Shown here piece by piece: positions 47,988 to 57,620 of a DNA stretch of 64,000 bases. Positions within the stretch are counted from its first letter, which is position 1. Every line of letters starts with the position of its first letter. Made by a program: the position numbers and the translations under genes. Below the pieces are notes generated by a model. It worked only from the letters and a program-made list of their open reading frames with translations, was not told where the DNA came from and did no database searches. Source of the DNA: an uncultured Blautia sp. (lineage in GTDB: Bacteria > Bacillota > Clostridia > Lachnospirales > Lachnospiraceae); assembly GCA_963927715.1 (NCBI GenBank), contig CAWVBU010000002.1:515550-579549 (forward strand), in the 5' to 3' direction.

Positions 47988-49385
47988 TTGAAAATGGCAA
48001 AAACATCATCGGAAGTGCGAATGACGGAGGGCCCCATCTGGAAGAGTCTGATCGCCTTCGCGGTTCCGCTGTTCTGGGGCAATCTGTTTCAGCAGCTGTA
48101 TAACACGGCGGATTCTCTGATCGTGGGGAATTTTCTGGGAAATCACGCGCTGGCGGCGGTCAGTTCCTCCGGGAATCTGATTTTTCTTCTGGTGGGATTT
48201 TTTAATGGAATTTCCATCGGCGCCGGTGTGGTGACGGGAAAATATTTCGGGGCGGGGGATCGCGAGAATTTAAAGAAATCCATTCATACCACCATCCTGT
48301 TCGGGGTGGCCTGCGGAATTTTCCTGACGGTGGCGGGGATTGTGGCAGCTCCGAAGATCCTGGTTCTCATGGGGACGCCCAGGGAGGTTCTTCCCCAGTC
48401 CCTGGAGTATTTCCAGGTGTATTTCGCGGGATCTCTGGCCTTTGTCTGTTATAACTTTTTTGTGGGAATTCTGCAGGCCATGGGAGACAGCCGGCATCCG
48501 CTTTATTTTCTGATTGTCTCTTCGATGACTAATATCGTGCTGGATCTGCTGTTTGTGGGCGGATTCGGCCTGGGCGTATGGTCGGCGGCTTTTGCCACCA
48601 TCCTGTCTCAGTTCCTGAGCGCGTTTCTGTGCCTTTGGCAGCTGATGAAAGGAAACGGTGTGTTCCGGCTCCGGATGGGAGAAATCCGGGGAGATCCGGG
48701 CATGCTTCGGCAGATTGTGGTGAACGGCGTGCCGGCGGGGGTACAGAATTCCATTATTTCTGTGGCGAATGTGTTTGTACAGTCCAACATCAATGCTTTT
48801 GGCGCCACGGCTGTGGCAGGCTGCGGTTCCTATTCCAAGATTGAAGGGTTCGGTTTTCTTCCGGTCACCTGTTTTGCCCTGGCCCTTACCACGTTTACCA
48901 GTCAGAATCTGGGCGCCAGAAAGTATGACCGGGCCAGAAAAGGCGCGGTGGTGGGCGCGGTCTGTTCCCTCACCGTCGCGGAAGTTCTGGCTCTTTGCAT
49001 CAATCTGTTCTCGCCGTGGCTGATCGGCGCTTTCGGAGGCGGCCAGGAGGCGGTCGGCTATGGGGTTGCCTGGGCCAGGACGGTTACCTGGTTCTACTTT
49101 TTGCTGGCGTTTTCCCACTGTATGGCCGGAATTCTCCGGGGAGCAGGCAGATCGGTGGTTCCCATGTTTGTCATGATGGTCTGCTGGTGCGTGATCCGGG
49201 TCGGTTACATATCGGTGATTGTGAAAGTGATTCCGGATATCCGGGTTATTTTCTGGGCCTATCCGCTGACCTGGTTCTTAAGCTCCGCGGTATTTCTGGT
49301 CTGCTTCCTGAAAACAGACTGGATTCACGGTCTGGAAAAACAGAAAAATAGAACAGAAGTGTTGCCGAAGGGTGCAGGGGAGTGA
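47988..49385 (+). CDS. MATE family efflux transporter
   Basis: MTEGPIWK, LFQQLYNTADSLIVGNFLG, GDSRHPL, NIVLDLLFV, SQNLGA. Confidence 0.93.
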   Translation: MKMAKTSSEVRMTEGPIWKSLIAFAVPLFWGNLFQQLYNTADSLIVGNFLGNHALAAVSSSGNLIFLLVGFFNGISIGAGVVTGKYFGAGDRENLKKSIHTTILFGVACGIFLTVAGIVAAPKILVLMGTPREVLPQSLEYFQVYFAGSLAFVCYNFFVGILQAMGDSRHPLYFLIVSSMTNIVLDLLFVGGFGLGVWSAAFATILSQFLSAFLCLWQLMKGNGVFRLRMGEIRGDPGMLRQIVVNGVPAGVQNSIISVANVFVQSNINAFGATAVAGCGSYSKIEGFGFLPVTCFALALTTFTSQNLGARKYDRARKGAVVGAVCSLTVAEVLALCINLFSPWLIGAFGGGQEAVGYGVAWARTVTWFYFLLAFSHCMAGILRGAGRSVVPMFVMMVCWCVIRVGYISVIVKVIPDIRVIFWAYPLTWFLSSAVFLVCFLKTDWIHGLEKQKNRTEVLPKGAGE

Positions 49386-49431
49386 TAGAATACAGAAAGC
49401 GACGAAAAAGATTTAGGAAAAAGGAGAGACA

Positions 49432-51297
49432 ATGCGGAAATTAGCATTAAGTGATGAAATATTGATGAAAATCGAATCTCCGGCCCGCTACATCGGCGGC
49501 GAGGTGAATTCGGTTATGAAAGACCCAAAGAAAGTCGGGATCCGCTTCGCCATGGCGTTCCCGGACGTGTATGAGATCGGCATGTCCCATCTGGGGATGC
49601 AGATTCTCTGCCATATGTTCAATCAGCGGGAAGATGTCTGGTGTGAACGGGTTTTCTCACCCTGGACCGATCTGGACGCGGTGATGCGGGCCGAACACAT
49701 TCCGCTGTTTGCGCTGGAATCTCAGGATCCGGTAAAGGATTTTGACTTTCTCGGAATTACGATTCAGTATGAGATGTGTTACACCAACATTTTACAGATT
49801 CTGGATTTGAGCCAGATTCCGCTGACGGCCACCGAGCGGGGGGAGGACTGTCCCATTGTCATTGGAGGCGGTCCCTGTGTCTACAATCCGGAACCCATCG
49901 CGGAATTTTTCGACCTGTTTTATATCGGAGAGGGAGAAATCCGATACGATGAACTTTTTGATCTCTATCTGGCGAATCGGAGAGCCGGAGGCACCCGGGA
50001 GGACTTCCTTGAGCAGGCGGCGAAGCTTCCGGGAATCTACGCGCCGCGGTTCTATGAAGTTTCCTACCACGAAGACGGAACCCTGGCTTCTTTTTCGCCG
50101 ACCCGTCCGGGAATTCCCGAAAAGGTGGAAAAACAGGTGGTGATGGATCTGGACGCGTCTGTGTATCCCACCAAACCGGTGGTTCCCTTTATCCGGGCGG
50201 TGCAGGACCGGGTAACCCTGGAGATCCAGAGAGGCTGTATCCGGGGCTGCCGTTTCTGCCAGGCGGGGATGATCTATCGGCCCACCAGGGAGAAAAACGT
50301 GGAGGTTCTGAAAAATTATGCCAGGGAAATGCTGGCGAACACCGGCTACGATGAAATTTCTCTGAGCTCTTTGAGTTCCAGTGATTATTCTCAGCTGAAG
50401 GAGCTGGTGGACTTTCTGATGGAAGCGTGCGAGGAGCAGAAGGTGAACATCTCTCTGCCGTCCCTTCGGATTGATTCTTTCGCGCTGGATGTGATGGGAA
50501 AAGTCCAGGATGTGCGAAAGACCAGCCTTACCTTCGCGCCGGAGGCAGGATCCCAGAGGCTGCGGGATGTGATCAATAAGGGGCTGACCGAAGAGAATAT
50601 TCTGACCGGAGCGCGGACGGCATTCCAGGGCGGCTGGAATAAAGTCAAGCTGTATTTCATGCTGGGACTTCCCACGGAGACCGAGGAGGATATGAAGGAC
50701 ATCGCCCACCTCGCGGAGAAGATCGCGGAAGAATATTATGAGATTCCTAAAGATCAGCGGAAGGGGAAAGTGCAGATCAATGTGAGTACCTCCTTCTTTG
50801 TCCCGAAACCCTTTACACCGTTCCAGTGGGCGCCGATGTTCTCTCAGAAGGACTTTGAGGGAAAGGCGAAAATCGTCAAGGAGGAGATCCGCGCGCAGCT
50901 GAATCAGCGAAGCATTCATTACAGCTGGCATGAGGCGGATGTGACAATTCTGGAAGGATTTCTGGCCAGAGGCGACCGGAGAGCTTCCCGGGTGATCCGC
51001 AGAGCTTACGAAAAGGGCGCCCTCTATGATGCCTGGTCGGAGACCTTCCATAGGAATCTCTGGATGGAGGCTTTCCAGGAGACCGGAATTTCTCTGGATT
51101 TCTACACGCTTCGGAGCCGGGAGACCCAGGAACTGCTTCCCTGGGATTTCATTGACGCCGGGGTTACGAAGGAATTTCTGATCCGTGAATGGAACCGTGC
51201 CCGTGAGGGAAAGGTTACGCCGAACTGCAGAATGCAGTGTTCCGGCTGCGGAGTAAAACGCTATCAGGGAGGAGTCTGTTATGAAGGTCAGAATTAA
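49432..51297 (+). CDS. TIGR03960-type B12-binding radical SAM protein
   Basis: PARYIGGE, FPDVYEIGMS, RGCIRGCRFCQAG, TFAPEAGSQRLR, KLYFMLGLP. Confidence 0.92.
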   Translation: MRKLALSDEILMKIESPARYIGGEVNSVMKDPKKVGIRFAMAFPDVYEIGMSHLGMQILCHMFNQREDVWCERVFSPWTDLDAVMRAEHIPLFALESQDPVKDFDFLGITIQYEMCYTNILQILDLSQIPLTATERGEDCPIVIGGGPCVYNPEPIAEFFDLFYIGEGEIRYDELFDLYLANRRAGGTREDFLEQAAKLPGIYAPRFYEVSYHEDGTLASFSPTRPGIPEKVEKQVVMDLDASVYPTKPVVPFIRAVQDRVTLEIQRGCIRGCRFCQAGMIYRPTREKNVEVLKNYAREMLANTGYDEISLSSLSSSDYSQLKELVDFLMEACEEQKVNISLPSLRIDSFALDVMGKVQDVRKTSLTFAPEAGSQRLRDVINKGLTEENILTGARTAFQGGWNKVKLYFMLGLPTETEEDMKDIAHLAEKIAEEYYEIPKDQRKGKVQINVSTSFFVPKPFTPFQWAPMFSQKDFEGKAKIVKEEIRAQLNQRSIHYSWHEADVTILEGFLARGDRRASRVIRRAYEKGALYDAWSETFHRNLWMEAFQETGISLDFYTLRSRETQELLPWDFIDAGVTKEFLIREWNRAREGKVTPNCRMQCSGCGVKRYQGGVCYEGQN

Positions 51298-51991
51298 ATT
51301 TTCCAAGGAAGGGTATCTGAAGTTCATCGGACATCTGGATACCATGCGTTATTTCCAGAAAGCGCTGCGCCGGGCGAAGCTTCCTGTGGCGTACAGTGAG
51401 GGCTTCAGCCCCCATATCATCATGTCCTTTGCCTCTCCTCTGGGCGTGGGGGTTACCAGCAGCGGAGAATATTTTGACGTGCAGCTTACCGATGAAATGT
51501 CCACCGGCGAGATCAGGGACCGCCTGAATGAGACCATGGTGGAAGGAATCCGGGTGCTTAGTGCGGTAAAAGTGGAAGATGGCAAAGCCGGAAAAGCCAT
51601 GTCCCTGGTGGAGGCTGCGGACTATCAGATTACTTTTCTTCCGGGACGGGAACCGGAGAGCGGCTGGACGGAAAAAATGAAAGAGTTTCTCGGGCAGCCA
51701 GAGATCTCTGTGACCAAGAAGACCAAGCGCAGTGAAAAGACGGTGGACCTTCGTCCGTTTCTTTATGAAATGTATGAGAAGGATCAGGGGATTTTCATGA
51801 AGCTTGCGGCTGCCAGCCGGAATTATACGAAACCGGAACTGGTGCTGGATACTTTTTTTGCTTATGCAGGCGTGGATCCGGGATCCTGTGCCTATCAGGT
51901 ACACCGCTGTGAGCTTTATGCGGACCTGGGGGAACCGGAGAACGGACATCGCTTCGTGCCGCTGGCAGATTTAGGAGAAGAAATTGAGTAG
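51281..51991 (+). CDS. TIGR03936-type radical SAM-associated protein (DUF2344)
   Basis: KFIGHLD..FQKALRRA..YSEGFSPH..SFASPLGVG. Confidence 0.9.
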   Translation: MKVRIKFSKEGYLKFIGHLDTMRYFQKALRRAKLPVAYSEGFSPHIIMSFASPLGVGVTSSGEYFDVQLTDEMSTGEIRDRLNETMVEGIRVLSAVKVEDGKAGKAMSLVEAADYQITFLPGREPESGWTEKMKEFLGQPEISVTKKTKRSEKTVDLRPFLYEMYEKDQGIFMKLAAASRNYTKPELVLDTFFAYAGVDPGSCAYQVHRCELYADLGEPENGHRFVPLADLGEEIE

Positions 51992-53210
51992 ATTACTTTT
52001 TACCAAGATGGACATTCAGGGAGTTCCCTGTATGGTCAGCGCCCTGGAAGGAGACGGGCGGATCCGGGAGATTCAGTTCTCCGGGGAACACCGGCAGAAT
52101 CTTCTGGGCAATATTTATGTGGGGCAGGTGCAGCGGGTGATCCCCAATATCAATTCCGCGTTTGTGCTGATTCAAAACGGCGTAACCTGTTATTATCCGC
52201 TGAAGGAGGAGACGACCGCCATTTACGCGCAGCCTTACCGGCATTACAAGATTGCGCCCGGAGATCAGATTCTGGTTCAGGTCTCCAGAGAAGGCATGCG
52301 TGGGAAAGCGCCCAGCGTGACCACCCGGCTGAATTTCACCGGAACCTATCTGGTGCTTACCACCGACGGCAGACAGCTTTCTTTTTCCTCCAAGCTGGTC
52401 AGCTATGACAAGGCCTGGCTGCGGGAGCTTCTGACCCCGCTGCTGGACAGAACCTTCGGCATCATTGTCCGCACAAACGCGAAAGACGGAAAGCAGAAAC
52501 AGATTCTGAAAGAATTTCAGGAACTGAAAGAGCAAATGGACCAGGTTCTGGAATATGGACGGAGCCGGACCTGTTTCAGCCTTCTGTATGAACCTCAGCC
52601 GTTTTTCCAGAAAGTGCTCAGCAACACCTATACCGAGGGATTGGAAGAAATCGTCACGGATCTTCCGTCTCTGTATGCGAAACTGAAAAATCTGGAGCAG
52701 GTACAGAGAATCAGCGGAACCTGTTCTCTGCGGCTGTATGAGGATCCCCTGCTGCCTCTGTACAAACTGTACCAGCTGGAGAAGGTCCTGCGCGAGGCCA
52801 CGCAGGAAAAAATCTGGCTGAAAAGCGGAGGGTTTCTTGTGATTCAGCAGACGGAGGCTTTCGTGTCCGTTGACGTGAATTCCGGGAAATATGTGGGGAA
52901 GAAAAAGGCCGAGGAGACTTACCGGAAGATCAATCTTGAAGCAGCCGAGGAGATCGCTTATCAGCTGCGGCTGCGGAATCTGTCCGGTTCCATTCTGATT
53001 GATTTTATCAGTATGGAGAATCCTGCCCATGAGGAGGAACTGTTTCATGTGCTGAAAAAGCATCTGAAGAAAGATCCCGTCCGGGCTACAGCGCTGGATT
53101 ACACCAAGCTGAAGATCGTGGAGGCGACACGGAAGAAGGTGCGCAGGCCTCTTTTTGAAGATCTTCAGGAATTGCGGGAAATCGTGCCCGATTTTAATGA
53201 AAATAGTTGA
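51984..53210 (+). CDS. Ribonuclease E/G family protein
   Basis: GNIYVGQV, ILVQV, GIIVRT, LVIQQTEAFVSVDVNSG, RLRNLSGSILIDFI. Confidence 0.9.
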   Translation: MSRLLFTKMDIQGVPCMVSALEGDGRIREIQFSGEHRQNLLGNIYVGQVQRVIPNINSAFVLIQNGVTCYYPLKEETTAIYAQPYRHYKIAPGDQILVQVSREGMRGKAPSVTTRLNFTGTYLVLTTDGRQLSFSSKLVSYDKAWLRELLTPLLDRTFGIIVRTNAKDGKQKQILKEFQELKEQMDQVLEYGRSRTCFSLLYEPQPFFQKVLSNTYTEGLEEIVTDLPSLYAKLKNLEQVQRISGTCSLRLYEDPLLPLYKLYQLEKVLREATQEKIWLKSGGFLVIQQTEAFVSVDVNSGKYVGKKKAEETYRKINLEAAEEIAYQLRLRNLSGSILIDFISMENPAHEEELFHVLKKHLKKDPVRATALDYTKLKIVEATRKKVRRPLFEDLQELREIVPDFNENS

Positions 53211-53278
53211 AAATCCACTATACAAAGTGCATACTTCCGTGCTATACTTGTGAAAATACACAATGAGGGGGTCGACAA

Positions 53279-54484
53279 ATGAAGCAAGCAAAACGTTGGA
53301 GCTATCTGATCGCAGGAACGGTCATGCTTTTGTTCCTGGGGCTTTTGTATGCCTGGTCCATTTTTAAAGCACCTTTCAGCGCCATTTACCCAGACTGGAC
53401 GGAATCTCAGCTTTCGCTGACCTTTACCATATCGATGATTTTCTTCTGTCTGTGTGGATTTTTTTCCGGTCTGCTGGCGAAGAAGCTGCCGCCAAGAGCG
53501 GTTCTCTGGCTGTCTGCCATCCTGGTTTTCGTCGGATTTTTCGGCGCCTCCAGGCTGAATCCCGAAGATTCGCAGACCAGCCTGACACTTTTGTATCTGT
53601 TCTACGGGATCTTCTGCGGCGGAGGAGTGGGGTTCGCCTATAACACGGTGATCAGTACCGTGAACAAATGGTTTACTGACCGGACCGGCCTTGCCTCCGG
53701 ACTGATGATGATGGGATTTGGACTGGGCGGAATTGTTCTGGGAAGCGCGGTGAATACCATGATCAGCGGCCTGGGACTGTCCCTGACTTTTCTGGTACTG
53801 GCAGTGGCGGTGGCGGTTATCCTGGCACTGGGATCTTTCTTTATGAAGAATCCGCCGAAAACGGAGCCGGACAGGGGGAAGATTTCCACAGAGGAAGTTC
53901 CCAGCATGACCACGGCACAGATGCTGAAAACACCTGTGTTCTGGCTGTTTGTGCTGTGGGCGGTGCTTTTGAATTCCGCCGGACTTCTGGTGATCAACAG
54001 TGCTGCGTCCATCGCGCTGGCCTTTGGCGCGCCCGCGGTGATGGGGCTGGTGGTTTCCCTGTGCAACGGCGGCGGAAGAGTATTCATGGGAAGTTTTTAC
54101 GACAGGTTCAGCACCAAGCCGTCCCTGTTCCTGAACGTCTGCTTCACGTTCCTGGCAGGTCTTTGTCTGTTTCTGGGAGCGACGGCGTTTGGAATTCCAT
54201 TCATTCTGATTGGTCTTCTGATGGCCGGAGTGGGATACGGAAGTACGCCGACCATCACGGCTGCTTTTATCAATAAGGAATACGGGCCCAAATATTACGC
54301 CGTGAATTTCAGCCTCGGCAATTTCGCGCTGATTCCTGCGGCGATCCTGGGGCCGATGATTTCCAGTAAGCTAATCGAGCAGTCCGGCGGAGCCTACCAT
54401 TCGACCTTCCTTATGATTATGATTCTCGCGGCAGCTGCTCTGGTGGTGTACGCGCTGATCATGAAACTGAGCCGCAAAAACTGA
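53279..54484 (+). CDS. MFS transporter, oxalate/formate antiporter (OFA)-like
   Basis: GLLYAWSIF, KWFTDRTGLASG..MGFGLGG, NGGGR, YGPKYYAVN; 12-TM pattern. Confidence 0.85.
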   Translation: MKQAKRWSYLIAGTVMLLFLGLLYAWSIFKAPFSAIYPDWTESQLSLTFTISMIFFCLCGFFSGLLAKKLPPRAVLWLSAILVFVGFFGASRLNPEDSQTSLTLLYLFYGIFCGGGVGFAYNTVISTVNKWFTDRTGLASGLMMMGFGLGGIVLGSAVNTMISGLGLSLTFLVLAVAVAVILALGSFFMKNPPKTEPDRGKISTEEVPSMTTAQMLKTPVFWLFVLWAVLLNSAGLLVINSAASIALAFGAPAVMGLVVSLCNGGGRVFMGSFYDRFSTKPSLFLNVCFTFLAGLCLFLGATAFGIPFILIGLLMAGVGYGSTPTITAAFINKEYGPKYYAVNFSLGNFALIPAAILGPMISSKLIEQSGGAYHSTFLMIMILAAAALVVYALIMKLSRKN

Positions 54485-54503
54485 ACTTGCGCTGTATATG
54501 TGT

Positions 54504-54545
54504 AAAAAAAGCCGACAGAAGATATTTCTGCCGGCTTTTGCTTTT
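54504..54545. terminator. Bidirectional terminator
   Basis: AAAAAAGCCGACAGAA-gatat-TTCTGCCGGCTTTT. Confidence 0.75.
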
Positions 54546-54558
54546 GGAGAGTTTCTGA

Positions 54559-56349
54559 TTACGGAATCGGTTCGAAATCTGCGGCGCCATGTTTGCACAG
54601 CGGGCAGATGAAATCATCGGGAAGCTCATCCCCTTCGTAGACGTATCCGCAGATCTTGCACACGAAGCCTTTCTTTCCCTCGGTGTCTGGTTTCGGTTTC
54701 ACATGATTCTGATAATACGTATACGTCATGGTTTCCTTATCGCTCATCACGCGGGCCTCCGTCACGGAGCAGATGAACATGCCGTGGGTATCCAGATCCA
54801 CATACTGTTCCACCTTCAGGCAGAGAACCGCGTTGATGTACTCCGGAAGGATTACCAGTCCGTTATCGGAACGGATCGGAGTGATTCCCTGGAGTTTGTC
54901 CGCGGTACGGCCGCTCTGGAAGCCAAAGCGCTCAAAGACACTAAAAGGCGCCTCCACAGACAGGCAGTTCACATTGAGAATGCCGCTCTGTTTGATGACA
55001 TGGTGCGAATAGTTTGCCTTGTTGATGTTCACGGCCACCCGGTTCGGAGAATCTGTAAGCTGGGTTACCGTATTGACGATCAGCCCGTTGTCTTTCTTTC
55101 CATCGTTGCAGGTGACCACATAGAGTCCGTATCCGATGCGGAAGAGCGCGGAGAGATCGTTTTTGTTGGCGGCTTCCGGGGACTGGGCGATGTATTTCTG
55201 ACAGAGCTCATCTGCCATGGCGGAAAGCTGCTCTTTGTTCTCGGCGCTGACTGCGGATTTGATTTTTACAGTGGTGTTCAGCCAGGTGATATCCTTGGAT
55301 TTTTCGAACATTCCTTTCATAATCTTTGCCGCGAGAGGAGCCCAGGAGCCGTTCTCGATCAGGCCGATGGTACGTTTCTGGTAGCTGCGCTCGGTCAGAT
55401 GATCGATGAACTGTTTCATGAACGGGAAGATTTCCGCGTTGTAGGTGGTGGTTGCAAGAACCAGTTTCTCATACTGGAAAGCGTCTGCCACGGCCTGTGC
55501 CATATCGCATCTTGCCAGGTCATGGACGATGACCTTCGGGCAGCCTTTTGCCCGGATCATGTCTGCCAGCATCTCCACAGCCTTTTTGGTGTGGCCGTAT
55601 ACAGAGGTGTAGGCGATGACCACACCTTCGGATTCCACCGCGTAGGAAGACCAGATGTCATATTTTTCAATGTAGTGGCCCAGGTTTTCTTTGAGAACCG
55701 GTCCGTGCAGCGGGCAGATGATCTGGATATCCAGGCCTGCGGCTTTTTTGAGAACTGCCTGAACCTGCGCGCCGTATTTGCCCACAATACCGATGTAGTA
55801 GCGGCGTGCTTCGTCATCCCAGTCTTCCTCCACATCCAGAGCGCCGAATTTTCCGAAGCCGTCCGCGGAGAAGAGGATTTTTTCCGTGCTCTCATAAGTC
55901 ATCATAACCTCCGGCCAGTGTACCATCGGGGCGAAGACAAAGGTGAGCAGATGTTTTCCCAGGGATAAGGTGGATCCATTGTCCGCAACATGACGTTTTA
56001 CCTGAGGATCCAGGTTAAAGAAGCAGTCCATCATGGCGAAAGCTTTCGCGGTTGCCACAATGGTCGCTTCCGGATAAGTTTTCATAAAATTCTCAATGTT
56101 TGCCGCGTGATCCGGCTCCATATGCTGAACGATCAGATAATCCGGTTTTCTTCCATTCAGTACGTTTGCCACGTTGTCCAGCCACTCATGGGTAAAGTGG
56201 ATGTCCACCGTATCCATCACTGCGATTTTCTCATCGTCGATGACGTAGGAGTTGTAAGACATGCCGTTTGGCACCACATACTGGCCCTCGAAGAGATCTA
56301 CCTGGTGGTCATTGACGCCGACGTATTTGATGGTTTCTGTCACATTCAT
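54559..56349 (-). CDS. Flavodiiron protein (FprA) with flavodoxin, flavin reductase and rubredoxin domains
   Basis: HMEPDH, MVHWPE, SADGFG, PLHG diiron ligands; AYTSVYGHT flavodoxin; IGYGLYVV..NKANYSH flavin reductase; CKICGY..CPLCK rubredoxin. Confidence 0.92.
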   Translation of the reverse strand: MNVTETIKYVGVNDHQVDLFEGQYVVPNGMSYNSYVIDDEKIAVMDTVDIHFTHEWLDNVANVLNGRKPDYLIVQHMEPDHAANIENFMKTYPEATIVATAKAFAMMDCFFNLDPQVKRHVADNGSTLSLGKHLLTFVFAPMVHWPEVMMTYESTEKILFSADGFGKFGALDVEEDWDDEARRYYIGIVGKYGAQVQAVLKKAAGLDIQIICPLHGPVLKENLGHYIEKYDIWSSYAVESEGVVIAYTSVYGHTKKAVEMLADMIRAKGCPKVIVHDLARCDMAQAVADAFQYEKLVLATTTYNAEIFPFMKQFIDHLTERSYQKRTIGLIENGSWAPLAAKIMKGMFEKSKDITWLNTTVKIKSAVSAENKEQLSAMADELCQKYIAQSPEAANKNDLSALFRIGYGLYVVTCNDGKKDNGLIVNTVTQLTDSPNRVAVNINKANYSHHVIKQSGILNVNCLSVEAPFSVFERFGFQSGRTADKLQGITPIRSDNGLVILPEYINAVLCLKVEQYVDLDTHGMFICSVTEARVMSDKETMTYTYYQNHVKPKPDTEGKKGFVCKICGYVYEGDELPDDFICPLCKHGAADFEPIP

Positions 56350-56437
56350 GGTGTTTGTGTCTCCTTTCTTTTCTTAGGAAATAGTTGAGACTCCTGCCAA
56401 AATCCGGAGTCTTCTTCTACAGATTTCTGTCGAGTCT

Positions 56438-56466
56438 ATTATAACAGGAAAACGAAAGAAAGCAAA
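56438..56466 (-). promoter_or_regulatory. Promoter of flavodiiron gene
   Basis: TTTGCT-17 nt-TATAAT with extended TG (minus strand). Confidence 0.6.
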
Positions 56467-56496
56467 GGGAAATTCACCAGATGAAGCACTTTGTTT

Positions 56497-56525
56497 TTGA
56501 CAAAAGGGACGGGCTGTGGGATACT
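56497..56525 (+). promoter_or_regulatory. Promoter of corrinoid uptake operon
   Basis: TTGACA-17 nt-GATACT with extended TG; about 40 nt leader. Confidence 0.6.
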
Positions 56526-56569
56526 ATCAGAGATAGAAATTTTATGAGAAATGACAAGAGGAGAAAAAC

Positions 56570-57541
56570 ATGAGAAAGAATTTTCGAAAATGGACAGGAG
56601 CGTTCCTGGGATTGACGGTCTGCCTTCTCGCGGCAGGCTGCGGGACGGATCCTTCCCAAAATACACAGGAAGAACCGGCACAGGAGCAGGAGCAGACCCA
56701 GGAGGCGTCCGGCCAGACCCAGTATCCTCTGACCATCACGGACGATCTGGGCAATGAAGTCACGATTGAGAAAGAGCCGCAGAGAGTACTCTCTTTGTCC
56801 CCGTCCAACACGGAGACGCTGTTCGCTCTGGGCGCGGATGAGCGGGTTGTGGGACGCACAGATTACTGTAGTTATCCGGAGGAGGCGCAGGAGGTTCCCA
56901 CAATCGGGAGCTACGCTTCTCCCAATACCGAACTGATTATCTCCATGACGCCGGATGTGATTTTCGCGTCGGATTATATCGATGATTCCATCCGCAGCCA
57001 GGTGGAGAACGCAGGCGCGAAGGTCATCGTATTTTCTGCGAATGATATCGAGAGTGTGGAACAGAATATTCTCACCGCAGGGCAGGTTCTGAACCTCAAT
57101 GAGGAGGCAAAAGAGATTACGGATGGAATGGAAGCGGATCTGGCCGATCTGCAGGAGACGCTTTCGAACCGGGAAGAAGAGTGTTCCGCTTTTATTGATC
57201 TTGGAGAATACTACAGCGCGGGGGAAGGCTCCCTGCTGGGAAATATGCTGGATGACATCGGTGTGGAGAATATTGCCGCGGACACCGGGGAGACCTGGCC
57301 TCAGCTTTCCGTGGAGAAGATCATCGAGAGCAATCCGGATGTCTATATCTCTTTTTTCACTGCGCCGGAAGATCTGAAAAAAGTTCCGGGACTTGCTGAT
57401 CTGGACTGTATTCAGCAGGATCGGATTCTCTATTTTGAAAGTCTGTCTCCGGACAGCGATAAGATCCAGCGTGCCGGCCCGAGACTGGTGGAGGGAACCC
57501 GGCTTCTGGCAGAAAAAATTTATCCGGACTTATTTTCCTGA
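56570..57541 (+). CDS. ABC transporter substrate-binding lipoprotein, BtuF/cobalamin-type
   Basis: Lipobox LAAGC; YPLTITDDLG, PQRVLSLSPSNTETLFALG, SVEKII..NPDV, IQRAGPRLVEG. Confidence 0.88.
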   Translation: MRKNFRKWTGAFLGLTVCLLAAGCGTDPSQNTQEEPAQEQEQTQEASGQTQYPLTITDDLGNEVTIEKEPQRVLSLSPSNTETLFALGADERVVGRTDYCSYPEEAQEVPTIGSYASPNTELIISMTPDVIFASDYIDDSIRSQVENAGAKVIVFSANDIESVEQNILTAGQVLNLNEEAKEITDGMEADLADLQETLSNREEECSAFIDLGEYYSAGEGSLLGNMLDDIGVENIAADTGETWPQLSVEKIIESNPDVYISFFTAPEDLKKVPGLADLDCIQQDRILYFESLSPDSDKIQRAGPRLVEGTRLLAEKIYPDLFS

Positions 57542-57620
57542 CCAGACAGGATCAAGAAGAGAAAGACGGTCCGCCGGAGCGCTGCTTCGGCGGTTTCGGC
57601 TGTAAAGGAGCAAAAAAGAG

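Noticed and set aside
53229-53264. TTGTG-N6-CACAA upstream of the MFS gene as a Rex or CcpA site
   Set aside because: Spacing is short for Rex and it lacks the central CG of cre; too weak to call
56388-56437. Possible alternative-fold RNA switch in the flavodiiron leader (two AGACTC copies competing for GAGTCT)
   Set aside because: The upstream copy lies between the -10 and the predicted TSS, so it is largely untranscribed; only one plain hairpin remains
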